A DNA stretch of 64,000 nt from Alphaproteobacteria bacterium (GTDB taxonomy: Bacteria > Pseudomonadota > Alphaproteobacteria > Rhizobiales > JAJFHR01), in assembly GCA_024278055.1 (NCBI GenBank), contig JAJRTY010000018.1, positions 1,072-65,071 on the forward strand, given 5' to 3'. Positions 28,607-36,819 of the stretch are shown piece after piece (the first letter of the stretch is position 1; every line of letters begins with the position of its first letter). The notes below the pieces were generated by a model. That model was not told where the DNA came from. It did no database searches and saw only the letters and a program-made list of their open reading frames with translations. The position numbers and the translations under genes are program-made.

Positions 28607-29475
28607 GCGATACCCAGCATCTCGAGATCCACAAAAACACAGCGCAAAACTGGTTTCAAAAACTGCGCGATGACATCTGCGCAAGTTTTGAAAGGCTTGA
28701 AGATGACCTTGAAGGCTCCCTGACGTAGCGCCCCGCCGGTCGCTTTGAACGCACACCCTGGCAAAGACCGGATGGCGGTGGCGGTGTTATGTCGATGATG
28801 AAAGGCCGTGTGTTCGAAAAAGTCGGCGTCCACACGTCAACGGTTCACGGTGAATTCAAACCGGAATTCCGCAAGCAAATCCACGGCGCCGAAGAAGACC
28901 CGCGCTTCTGGGCCAGCGGCATATCGCTGATTGCGCATCCGCAAAACCCTCATGTGCCTGCCGTTCATATGAACACCCGCTTCGTCGTCACCACCAAAAG
29001 CTGGTTTGGCGGCGGCGCTGACTTAACCCCGGTGCTGGACGCCCGCCGCACCCAGGAAGACCCCGACACAATTGAATTTCACGCCGCCATGAAAGCCGCC
29101 TGCGACCTTCACGAAGTGGCCGATTACCCGCATTACAAAAAATGGTGCGACGAATATTTCTACCTGCCCCACCGCGAGGAAATGCGCGGCATCGGCGGCA
29201 TTTTCTACGATCACCTGAATTCCGGCAACTGGGATGCAGATTTTGCTTTTACGCAAGACGTCGGCCGCCGGTTCCGCGACATCTACCCCAAACTCGTTGC
29301 CAGAAACATGAACCAATCATGGAATGACGCCAACCGCGAAGAACAACTCATCCGCCGCGGCCGCTATGTTGAGTTCAACCTGTTATACGACCGAGGCACC
29401 ACCTTCGGCCTCAAAACCGGCGGCAACGTGGATTCGATACTGTCCTCGATGCCACCCGAGGTAAAATGGCCATGA
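28603..29475 (+). pseudogene. hemF: oxygen-dependent coproporphyrinogen III oxidase interrupted by an in-frame TAG (28726-28728)
   Basis: ATG 28603 overlaps the trmL stop as ATGA. It reads [76 protein letters not shown]. It continues in frame into ORF 28789..29475 ([24 protein letters not shown]). The joined length is about 290 codons. Confidence 0.8.
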
Positions 29476-29487
29476 AGGGTGGTGTAG

Positions 29488-29698
29488 TTTTTAGTGGCGC
29501 TCAAGCGGCGCGCAGCCTGCGCTCGGCTTTGTTCGCTAGTCGTTCGCTGCGCTCCTCCGGTGCCACAACGACAGATTTTTCGAGTGTAATCCGGAGACTA
29601 CCCGCCGGGTTTTCCATAAGGCCCCGGGACGAGCGAAGCGTTGGACTAACGAGCGACCGCGAGTGCAGGCTGCGCGCCGCTTGAGCGCCTCTAAAAAA
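29488..29698. repeat. large imperfect palindrome (MITE-like or structured element) between convergent genes
   Basis: Terminal inverted repeats TTTTTAGTGGCGCTCAAGCGGCGCGCAGCCTGC (29488-29520) and GCAGGCTGCGCGCCGCTTGAGCGCCTCTAAAAA (29665-29697). The core is 25 bp perfect and 33 nt pair with one mismatch. Further partial complementarity continues inward. The mirrored ORFs 29466..29684(+) and 29501..29725(-) both read GAQAARSL... Confidence 0.8.
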
Positions 29699-29761
29699 TG
29701 CATGAATATGCAGGCGTGAAGACATAGCAAGACACCGAGCAACACACCATCCTGGTCCGGG

Positions 29762-30160
29762 CTATTTTGTCACGTAATCATTGCCGTTATAGCTATAGGT
29801 CTTGGTCGACACTGGTGGCTCACCCCCAAGCACCCGGGTTTTGCACTGGATATCATAAAGACCGTTGCTGGAGGTTTTGAGGATTTTGAATTTGACGTCG
29901 CAGCGAAAGGAATTCCATACCCGGGTCTCGCCCTTGAACTTCTGTATCAGCAGATACAAAACCTCACAGCCCTTGCAGGCATCAGTGATGGCATAGGCGT
30001 AATATTCCGTGCGATTGTCCTCATCCACCTGCAAATCAAGATAGGCAATAAAAAGCTTCGACGTCGACGGTTCAAATTTTTCCTGTGCCTGAACAGGCGC
30101 GACAAACAACAGTGCAAACAGGACTGAAACCAGCAGGGGGAGAGTTTTTTTCATCGACAC
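29762..30160 (-). CDS. secreted hypothetical protein
   Basis: Cleavable signal peptide MSMKKTLPLLVSVLFALLFVAPVQA|QE. 132 aa with 4 Cys. I recognise no family. Confidence 0.55.
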   Translation of the reverse strand: MSMKKTLPLLVSVLFALLFVAPVQAQEKFEPSTSKLFIAYLDLQVDEDNRTEYYAYAITDACKGCEVLYLLIQKFKGETRVWNSFRCDVKFKILKTSSNGLYDIQCKTRVLGGEPPVSTKTYSYNGNDYVTK

Positions 30161-30193
30161 CGATCACTTTTTGAAATTTTATTACTGCACAAG

Positions 30194-31075
30194 CTACCTG
30201 TTCTTTACCCCGACAGCCTTGATCACAACCGTCTCATTGTGCTCCTCCAGCCCCAGTTTCCCCAGTTTGGCAAAAGCATCAACGGCTACCTGGCCAAACT
30301 CCGGGGCGACACCTAAAGCATGGGCCAACTCGACGCCGTAGCTGGCATCTTTCAGTCTCAACCTGCCGGAAAACACGATGTCTTTGTCATGATCATCGGC
30401 GATAATGCGTTTGACGCTGCGCATGACCTGGAGCGATGCTGCTTGCCCTAAGCTCAGGGCATGGTTGACTTTTTCAAGATCGAGCCCGGCTTTTTCGGCG
30501 ATCACCATACCTTCGGCGATAGAGGCAATCTGGATTGCGCCAATGAGGTTGAGCATCAACTTGTAAGCGGTGCCGGCACCAATGGTGCCAAAGTGGATTA
30601 TTTCCTTGTTTAAGGAAGCCAGCAAAGGCGTGACCGCTTTAAGGTCGCTGTCTTTGGCCCCTGCCAGCAAAACCAGTTGGCCCGCGGCAGCCGCATCAGG
30701 CAAACCGGTTACCGGACAATCGATATAACGCAGGCCTTGCGCCGTAGCCTGTTCCCCAAGCTCCTTGACCCAATTGTAGGAAAGCGTTGAACATTCGATA
30801 ACAAAGGCGTCCGCTGCCATTTGCGCCGCCAATGCCCCGTCCTCGCCCAGCCATATGGCACGTGATGCCACATCATCGCCAACCATGGAAAATACCGCTT
30901 CGGCATCGTGCGCAGCTTCGCGCGGCGTGTCGGCAACCTTTATACCTGAGCCTTGCAACGCCTCGGCCCTGGCGCGGGTGCGGTTATACGCCGTCACCTC
31001 ATGGCCCGCCTCTACCAAACGCTGCGCCATGCCCCTGCCCATATTACCCAGCCCGAGAAAGCCTATACGCGCCAT
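30194..31075 (-). CDS. NAD(P)-dependent oxidoreductase (3-hydroxyisobutyrate dehydrogenase family)
   Basis: IGFLGLGNMGRGMAQRL dinucleotide-binding motif. The length (293 aa) and pattern fit the beta-hydroxyacid dehydrogenase family. Confidence 0.8.
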   Translation of the reverse strand: MARIGFLGLGNMGRGMAQRLVEAGHEVTAYNRTRARAEALQGSGIKVADTPREAAHDAEAVFSMVGDDVASRAIWLGEDGALAAQMAADAFVIECSTLSYNWVKELGEQATAQGLRYIDCPVTGLPDAAAAGQLVLLAGAKDSDLKAVTPLLASLNKEIIHFGTIGAGTAYKLMLNLIGAIQIASIAEGMVIAEKAGLDLEKVNHALSLGQAASLQVMRSVKRIIADDHDKDIVFSGRLRLKDASYGVELAHALGVAPEFGQVAVDAFAKLGKLGLEEHNETVVIKAVGVKNR

Positions 31076-31102
31076 TTTCTACTCCAGATTCTGTTGCCTG
31101 GG

Positions 31103-31696
31103 TCAGATGTACAGCAAAGCAATTGAGGCGACAATCAAAGCGCTCATAATACCGTTGAAAACCATCAAAGCTTTTTGTGACGTCAGCCACCGGCCAATCA
31201 ATGCACCAAACAGACACCACAAAGAGATAAGCGGGAAGGACACGGCAAAAAACACACCCGCAACCAAAAGCGCTTCGAGTACATAACTGCCCTCGCCGGT
31301 AGTGTATGCCGTCAATGCCGCCACCGACATGATCCACGCCTTGGGGTTCACCCATTGAAACAGCGCGGCTTGCATAAATGTGAACGGCTTGGCCTCATGG
31401 GTGGCACTCTTGGGCCGGGCTGCCGTGGCAATTTTCCACGCCAGAAACAGGAGATAGGCCGACCCCACATACTTGAGAACCTGATGCAACCCGGGATAGG
31501 CCGTGAACACCTGGCCCAGCCCCAGACCAACGGCCAGCACCATACTGGGGAAACCGAACTGGATGCCGAAAATATGCGGCAGAGAACGGCGGTAGCCGAA
31601 ATTGGCACCGGACGCCGTCAACATAATGTTGTTGGGGCCCGGTGTACCGGTGGAGGCAATGGCAAAGGTTATAAGCGGCAACAGAATCGCGGTCAT
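31103..31696 (-). CDS. LysE/RhtB-family amino-acid exporter
   Basis: 197 aa with 5-6 TM segments. N-terminal TPGPNNIMLTASG motif typical of the LysE family. Confidence 0.8.
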   Translation of the reverse strand: MTAILLPLITFAIASTGTPGPNNIMLTASGANFGYRRSLPHIFGIQFGFPSMVLAVGLGLGQVFTAYPGLHQVLKYVGSAYLLFLAWKIATAARPKSATHEAKPFTFMQAALFQWVNPKAWIMSVAALTAYTTGEGSYVLEALLVAGVFFAVSFPLISLWCLFGALIGRWLTSQKALMVFNGIMSALIVASIALLYI

Positions 31697-31785
31697 CTGA
31701 CATGTTCCTGATTTAAGTCAGCAATACTGACCCGGGCCCTGCGCAGGGGAAAGAAGAAAATTGACGTAATATCCCCGCTCAATAG

Positions 31786-31850
31786 CCGCCTCACCTTTTC
31801 TCCGTTGCGGGAGAAGGTGGCGGCGAAGCGGGCGGATGAGGGGGGGGGGG
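31786..31850. repeat. REP-like element (copy 2, inverted relative to copy 1) ending in an 11-G homopolymer
   Basis: The reverse complement reads CCCCCCCCCCTCATCCGCCCGCTTCGCCGCCACCTTCTCCCGCAACGGAGAAAAGGTGAGGCG. It shares CCCCTCATCCG...GCCACCTTCTC...GAGAA with 15473-15526. The G-run spans 31840-31850. Confidence 0.65.
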
Positions 31851-31877
31851 CGGCAAATTAAAATTCACTTGACAAAA

Positions 31878-31905
31878 CTATATTTCGGTAATATTGGAAA
31901 TATAG
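31878..31905. promoter_or_regulatory. candidate ArsR/SmtB operator upstream of the arsR-like gene
   Basis: Inverted repeat CTATATTTC-N10-GAAATATAG (9-bp perfect arms) lying 25 nt upstream of ATG 31930. A related site lies at 32266-32288. Confidence 0.55.
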
Positions 31906-31929
31906 AATTTTCAACCGTATGAGCCGTAA

Positions 31930-32253
31930 ATGGATATCGATACTGCTGCCCTGTACCTGAGCGAAATGGGAAATATCACCCGGCTCAAAATCATCCGCCT
32001 GCTGGTACGTGCCGGTGACCAGGGGTTGGCTGTAGGCAGTATCCAGCGCAAGCTCAACATACCCGGCTCCACCCTGTCGCACCACCTCAGCCACTTGCGC
32101 AATGCCGGGCTCATACATCAGGAACGCGAAGCCACAGTATTACGTTGCTGCGTCCATTACGACCGGATTGAAGAACTCGTCGATTTTCTCACCGAAGAAT
32201 GCTGCACCGACCCTGAATTACAGATGGAAGCATCTGAAAAAGAGAGCATATAA
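31930..32253 (+). CDS. ArsR/SmtB-family metalloregulatory repressor
   Basis: HTH region NITRLKIIRLLV...GSTLSHHLSHLRNAGLI. 107 aa. Confidence 0.85.
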   Translation: MDIDTAALYLSEMGNITRLKIIRLLVRAGDQGLAVGSIQRKLNIPGSTLSHHLSHLRNAGLIHQEREATVLRCCVHYDRIEELVDFLTEECCTDPELQMEASEKESI

Positions 32254-32265
32254 AAAATTTCAACT

Positions 32266-32288
32266 TTATTTCGGTTAATCTGGAATAA
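32266..32288. promoter_or_regulatory. second candidate ArsR-type operator, upstream of the permease gene
   Basis: TTATTTCGGTTAATCTGGAATAA closely resembles the 31878-31905 site (TATTTCGGTAATATTGGAAATA). It sits between the arsR-like stop and the permease start. Confidence 0.45.
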
Positions 32289-32317
32289 TAAATATATTGT
32301 TATAAGGAAATCCTCCC

Positions 32318-33397
32318 ATGTCTTTGGACATAAAAACGCGCAATTCGGCACGAGACAAATTGTTTTCACCCGTGGCCTTTTCAAAGAATGCAAAATCGGT
32401 ACTATCAGACCCGGTGATACTGTTTCTTGTTGCTGCCCTTGGCATTCTCGCTGTTATAAATCACGACCAGTTTAACGCCAGTGTAACCTCCACTTTAAAT
32501 GCCCTGATTTACATCGCACCTTATTTTGCTCTCGCCATGGGCTTTGCCGCTTTCGCCAAAGCCAGCGGCGCAGACAGTCTGATGGTGCGGGCTTTTTCCG
32601 GCCACCCGCTCTATGCGATTTCAGCGGCAACCCTTGCCGGTGCCTTTTCGCCCTTTTGCTCGTGTGGCGTTATTCCTTTGATTGCGGGCATGCTGGCTGC
32701 CGGCGTGCCGCTGGCACCGGTGATGGCATTTTGGGTATCTTCGCCAATCATGGACCCGGAGATGTTCATTCTCACAACCGCCGGTATCGGTCTTAATTTT
32801 GCCATCGCCAAAACCTTTGCCGCTATTGGCATGGGATTGTTGGCTGGCACCATCATACAAATCCTCGATTCCAAATCGCTTCTCAAAAATCCGCTGAATG
32901 CCGGTATTGAAACCGGTTGTGGAACGTCATCATGCACTCCACACCGCAAGGAAATCATGTGGGCCTTCTGGCACAAGCCTGAACGTATGAACATCTTCTG
33001 GAGCGAGATCAAATCCGTCGGCGGATTTCTCGGCAAGTGGCTCACACTGGCGTTTTTCCTCGAAAGCCTGATGGTTGCCTATATTGATCCAGCCTGGGTC
33101 TCCAACGTCGCTGGAGCTGGCAACGCTTTTGCAATTCCCCTGGCCGCCCTCATCGGCATGCCGTCCTATCTCAACGGCTACGCCGCCATTCCTCTGGCCT
33201 CGGGCCTGCTTGATTTGGGCATGTCAAAAGGTGCTGCCCTGGCATTTTTAACCGCCGGTGCGGTTTCCTCCATCCCCGCCGCCATCGCCGTTTACTCCCT
33301 GGTCAAAAAACCCGTCTTCGCCCTTTACATAGCCCTCGGCCTCACCGGCTCACTGATTGCAGGTTATGCCTATCAATTTTCTGGCATGCCGGTTTAA
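32318..33397 (+). CDS. DUF318/ArsP-like permease
   Basis: Multi-pass membrane protein with the paired-cysteine motif SPFCSCGVIPLIAG typical of DUF318 permeases. Adjacent to the ArsR-family regulator. Confidence 0.65.
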   Translation: MSLDIKTRNSARDKLFSPVAFSKNAKSVLSDPVILFLVAALGILAVINHDQFNASVTSTLNALIYIAPYFALAMGFAAFAKASGADSLMVRAFSGHPLYAISAATLAGAFSPFCSCGVIPLIAGMLAAGVPLAPVMAFWVSSPIMDPEMFILTTAGIGLNFAIAKTFAAIGMGLLAGTIIQILDSKSLLKNPLNAGIETGCGTSSCTPHRKEIMWAFWHKPERMNIFWSEIKSVGGFLGKWLTLAFFLESLMVAYIDPAWVSNVAGAGNAFAIPLAALIGMPSYLNGYAAIPLASGLLDLGMSKGAALAFLTAGAVSSIPAAIAVYSLVKKPVFALYIALGLTGSLIAGYAYQFSGMPV

Positions 33398-33477
33398 TTG
33401 AATTAGCCAGCCGGGCTTTTTTGGCGCTAAGCTGTTACAACAGGCTTGTGCGGAAAAAACATTGAAAGGCTTAATCT

Positions 33478-34371
33478 ATGTCAGGTGGTTTCCAAAGGAT
33501 CAGGCCGCAGCCAACCCCATCTGTCTATCCACAGTGGGAATATCTCGCTGAAGGTGACCTCCACCGCGTTTACGAAGATTACAAGCAGGTGTTTCAGGTG
33601 CCCTGGGTTGGCGTCGTTTCCATGGCATATGCGCACTACCCGAATTTTTTCAATGCCTGGTACAAGGGCTTGCGCGAAACGGCAGAAAGTGCCGCATACG
33701 TCGAGTGCGCACGCATGTTGCGCCAACATATCGAGACAGCCATAGAGGAACTTGAACCGCGCCCCATCAGGCAACGTTTGCTCGATAAAGGCTATTCAGC
33801 GCGCGAACTGTCACAGATTGAAGACGCAATCGAATTTTTCTCACATGGAAATTTTGCCCAGATTCCAGCGGTGTTTGCCGCCCGTGCCTTGCTGGAAGGT
33901 ATTGAGATAGGGGCTGGAAATGCCAGTGCGGTAAAATTTGACGGCCGCCATGGCATAGACGTTCAAACACCGTTTATATTGATGGAGCCCCATCATGTAG
34001 CGGCGGAAACAACAACGCTTTATCAAGACATCAAGAAGACGCTGCAACTACCCTTCGTCAATACGGATTATCGCGCCCTGGCGCGCTGGCCAACTTATTT
34101 TAAGCAAGCCTTGAAGGACTTGCGCGGGTCTATCGACACACCAGTCTACAATCAAATCACACAAGATCTGCACAACAATATATGTGAGGCAGTCGAACTT
34201 CTGCCCAACCCCAACAATCTGACCTCCTCGGATATTATAGCCGCAGCACGTCAGGATGGCGATGTGGCGGAAATTCTCGAAATGACCAAACTGTTCACCT
34301 ATCTGCTACCGGGCCTGGTCACCAATGTTGCCTGTTTCCGCGCGCAGCTTAAAAATCCTGTGAGCGGGTAA
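33478..34371 (+). CDS. DehI-like (halocarboxylic acid dehalogenase DehI family) protein
   Basis: Two internal repeats: LHRVYEDYKQVFQVPWVGVVSMAYAHYPNFFNAW and TTTLYQDIKKTLQLPFVNTDYRALARWPTYFKQAL. These match the pseudo-dimeric DehI repeat pattern as I recall it. Confidence 0.5.
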   Translation: MSGGFQRIRPQPTPSVYPQWEYLAEGDLHRVYEDYKQVFQVPWVGVVSMAYAHYPNFFNAWYKGLRETAESAAYVECARMLRQHIETAIEELEPRPIRQRLLDKGYSARELSQIEDAIEFFSHGNFAQIPAVFAARALLEGIEIGAGNASAVKFDGRHGIDVQTPFILMEPHHVAAETTTLYQDIKKTLQLPFVNTDYRALARWPTYFKQALKDLRGSIDTPVYNQITQDLHNNICEAVELLPNPNNLTSSDIIAAARQDGDVAEILEMTKLFTYLLPGLVTNVACFRAQLKNPVSG

Positions 34372-34951
34372 CATTGGTCAACACCAATCGAATGGCTTCG
34401 ATGTAGCTCTTTGCCGGTCTGTCTTCGGCAATCGCCAGTGCGGCCCTGTCAAAGGCAGCTGAAAGTAAATCGGTCAATGCTTCCAGCGGCACATTTTCCA
34501 GTGCCTTTTTTGACATCGCCCGCCCCAGGCCCTGCCGCAGTTTCTCGCCACTGGTCTGTGCGTTAATCCGGCCCATTTCAGCATGCCCGAGCACTGACGG
34601 TCCATCCAGCAGGAGCAGGCGCGTGCGTCCCGGTGCCGCCATTGCGGCAAAATAGGCCTCTGTCCCAGCCATAAGTGCCTCAAGCGCTGAAGCCGTATTT
34701 CTGGTTTGCCGGTCGATTTGATCTGCGACAACCTGTGCCTCATGCGCGACCACAGCGTGAAACAAATCCGATTTATCAGAAAAATGATGATAAAGCGCGC
34801 CGCGCGTAACCTTCGCTGCCGCTGCGATTTCAACCGTTCCGGTATCCGCATAACCCTTGTCAAAAAACAAGGTTCGCGCCGCCGCCATCAAAGCTGCGCG
34901 CGTGGCCTGGGTCCGGTCCTTGTTGGAACGGCGTACGGATTTACCTTGCAT
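34349..34951 (-). CDS. TetR/AcrR-family transcriptional regulator
   Basis: HTH region [41 protein letters not shown]. Its 3' end overlaps the convergent DehI-like gene by 23 nt. Confidence 0.85.
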   Translation of the reverse strand: MQGKSVRRSNKDRTQATRAALMAAARTLFFDKGYADTGTVEIAAAAKVTRGALYHHFSDKSDLFHAVVAHEAQVVADQIDRQTRNTASALEALMAGTEAYFAAMAAPGRTRLLLLDGPSVLGHAEMGRINAQTSGEKLRQGLGRAMSKKALENVPLEALTDLLSAAFDRAALAIAEDRPAKSYIEAIRLVLTNVTRSQDF

Positions 34952-34952
34952 A

Positions 34953-35000
34953 CATACACCCTGTATGTTAATTCACACTTACAAACACACTGTATGTTAT
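34953..35000. promoter_or_regulatory. candidate TetR operator pair in a divergent promoter region
   Basis: Two 15-nt direct repeats, ACACCCTGTATGTTA (34957-34971) and ACACACTGTATGTTA (34986-35000). The first lies within the palindrome ACATAC-N5-GTATGT (34953-34969). Both are between the TetR start (34951) and the VOC gene start (35021). Confidence 0.5.
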
Positions 35001-35020
35001 TTAAGCAAGGATTGAAAGAA

Positions 35021-35446
35021 ATGAAATGCACCTCATTTTACCCGGTAATTATGACAGACAAGGTTTCAGAAACAGCGCGGTTTTACATTGAAAATTTCCG
35101 CTTTGTGCCAAAATTTGAAAGTGACTGGTACGTTCACCTGCAATCAAGCGAAGACGAAAAAGTCAATCTGGCAATCCTGCAGGGAGATCATGAAACAGTT
35201 CCCGAACCTGCTCGCGGCGCAATCAGCGGCCTGTTGCTCAATTTCGAGGTTGAAGACGTTGATGGCGATTTTGAACGCGCCCGGGCAAATGATCTGCCGA
35301 TACTATTGTCTTTGAAAGACGAGCCGTTTGGCCAGCGCCATTTCATCACCAGTGACCCCAACGGCATCTTGATAGACGTGATCATGCCGATACCGCCAAG
35401 TGAAGAGTATCTGCAACAATATGCTTCCGATTCGGTTCCGGTATAA
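35021..35446 (+). CDS. glyoxalase/bleomycin-resistance (VOC) family protein
   Basis: 141 aa with a beta-alpha-beta-beta-beta pattern. The C-terminal [19 protein letters not shown] is typical of VOC-fold proteins. Start taken at MKCTSF. Confidence 0.65.
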   Translation: MKCTSFYPVIMTDKVSETARFYIENFRFVPKFESDWYVHLQSSEDEKVNLAILQGDHETVPEPARGAISGLLLNFEVEDVDGDFERARANDLPILLSLKDEPFGQRHFITSDPNGILIDVIMPIPPSEEYLQQYASDSVPV

Positions 35447-35560
35447 TCTCAGTCATTCCAATCTTTACATAACTTTACAATGCGGAAATGCGCGCGAAAA
35501 CATCATCTTCTACATATCAGTCATGAGACACAGGACCACTCAGACATTTTATGGAGAAAC

Positions 35561-36106
35561 ATGATGAATTCGCAAGATAAACAAAACACAACCAAATGGA
35601 GCAGAAAAAAGCGCTTCACCGCTGTAGCCTTAGCCTCTGTGCTTGCGGCCGGCACATTTGCAACCGTGGCCTATAGTGGTGGCCAGTCCTATATGAAACA
35701 CCACAAAATGGGTGGTCTCATGCATAGTGCTGGAAACCCAGCCATGTTCGAAAAGAAGCTCGACAAAAAAATGAAATTCTTCGCTTTCGCGCTGGATGCA
35801 ACAGAAGAACAGCAGGAAAAGCTTAAAACCATGATCATGGCACTGGCGAAAGACGTGTTACCGATGAAGGCAAAAATGCGCGAAACCCGTGTGCAATTGC
35901 AGGAACTTTTGATCCAGCCCAAAATCGATCGCGCAGCAATTGAAAATCTGCGTGCGGAAAAAATCGCACTTGTCGATGCAATGAGCAAAAAAGTGACCGC
36001 AGCCATTGCTGATGCCGGTGAAATACTTAAGCCTGAACAGCGTATAAAGCTGGTCAAGTTCATAAAAACGCTCAAACCTCATGGCGGCGGCTGGAAACGG
36101 GACTGA
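35561..36106 (+). CDS. periplasmic Spy/CpxP-family (LTxxQ) stress protein
   Basis: N-terminal signal/anchor (FTAVALASVLAAGTFATVAYS). LTxxQ-like motifs (ATEEQQEKL, LKPEQRIKL). Helical, K/E-rich. Located upstream of a two-component pair. Confidence 0.65.
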   Translation: MMNSQDKQNTTKWSRKKRFTAVALASVLAAGTFATVAYSGGQSYMKHHKMGGLMHSAGNPAMFEKKLDKKMKFFAFALDATEEQQEKLKTMIMALAKDVLPMKAKMRETRVQLQELLIQPKIDRAAIENLRAEKIALVDAMSKKVTAAIADAGEILKPEQRIKLVKFIKTLKPHGGGWKRD

Positions 36107-36125
36107 CTCATGGCTAAGATAGATT

Positions 36126-36812
36126 ATGACTGCCCATATTCTACTTGTTGAAGATGACCGGCGCTTGGCCGGGATGGTGAAGGACTATCTCGGCGGCGCT
36201 GGTTTTCGTGTGACCATAGCTGAAACCGGCGCCAGGGGGATTAGCCTGTATAAGGATCAGGAGTTTGATGCGCTGATTTTGGACTTGATGTTGCCAGACA
36301 TGGATGGTCTGGAAATCTGCCGACATATTCGCAAATCTTCTCAAACACCGATTTTAATGCTGACCGCACGCGGTGACGTTATGGACAGGGTTATCGGGCT
36401 TGAACTGGGGGCGGATGATTATCTGCCAAAACCGTTTGAACCGCGCGAACTGCTGGCCCGCCTGAAGACCATTTTGCGACGTGGACAAAACAGCTCCGGG
36501 TCAGAAGTGCTTCAATTCGGCAGGTTGGAAATCGACCCCGGAGCCCGCAGTTTAAAAATCTCCGGCCAACAGCGCACCTTGACCAGTTACCAGTTTTCAC
36601 TTCTCGTGGCTCTCGCCCAGCATGCCGGGCGCGTGCTCAACCGTGAAGTGCTCATGGATCTGATAAAGGGCGAAGCCCTTGAAGCTTTTGACCGCTCCAT
36701 TGATGTTCACATTTCGCGCATCCGTGCAGCTATCGAAGATGACGCCAAAGCACCACGTCGCATCATTACCGTTCGCGGCATTGGGTATGTTTTTGCCAAA
36801 GAACAGGACTGA
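36126..36812 (+). CDS. OmpR-family (CpxR-like) response regulator
   Basis: ILLVEDD, ALILDLMLPDMDG, PILMLTARG and KPFEPRELLAR motifs. Winged helix (LTSYQFSLLVALA, VRGIGYVF). Confidence 0.9.
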   Translation: MTAHILLVEDDRRLAGMVKDYLGGAGFRVTIAETGARGISLYKDQEFDALILDLMLPDMDGLEICRHIRKSSQTPILMLTARGDVMDRVIGLELGADDYLPKPFEPRELLARLKTILRRGQNSSGSEVLQFGRLEIDPGARSLKISGQQRTLTSYQFSLLVALAQHAGRVLNREVLMDLIKGEALEAFDRSIDVHISRIRAAIEDDAKAPRRIITVRGIGYVFAKEQD

Positions 36813-36819
36813 TACGGCA

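Noticed and set aside
332-28728. Stop-codon reassignment (TAG and/or TAA read as sense) as the explanation for the in-frame stops
   Set aside because: Many intact genes in the same window end at the expected length on TAG. Examples are 1268-1270, 12891-12893, 13693-13695, 15460-15462, 56680-56682, 58952-58954 and 62505-62507. Others end on TAA (for example 2648-2650 and 14342-14344). Global recoding is therefore not supported. No in-frame TGA splits were seen, so selenocysteine is not indicated either.
29466-29725. Two mirror-image ORFs (29466..29684 + and 29501..29725 -), both reading GAQAARSL...
   Set aside because: These are an artefact of the inverted-repeat element. They show low-complexity translation and have no start context.
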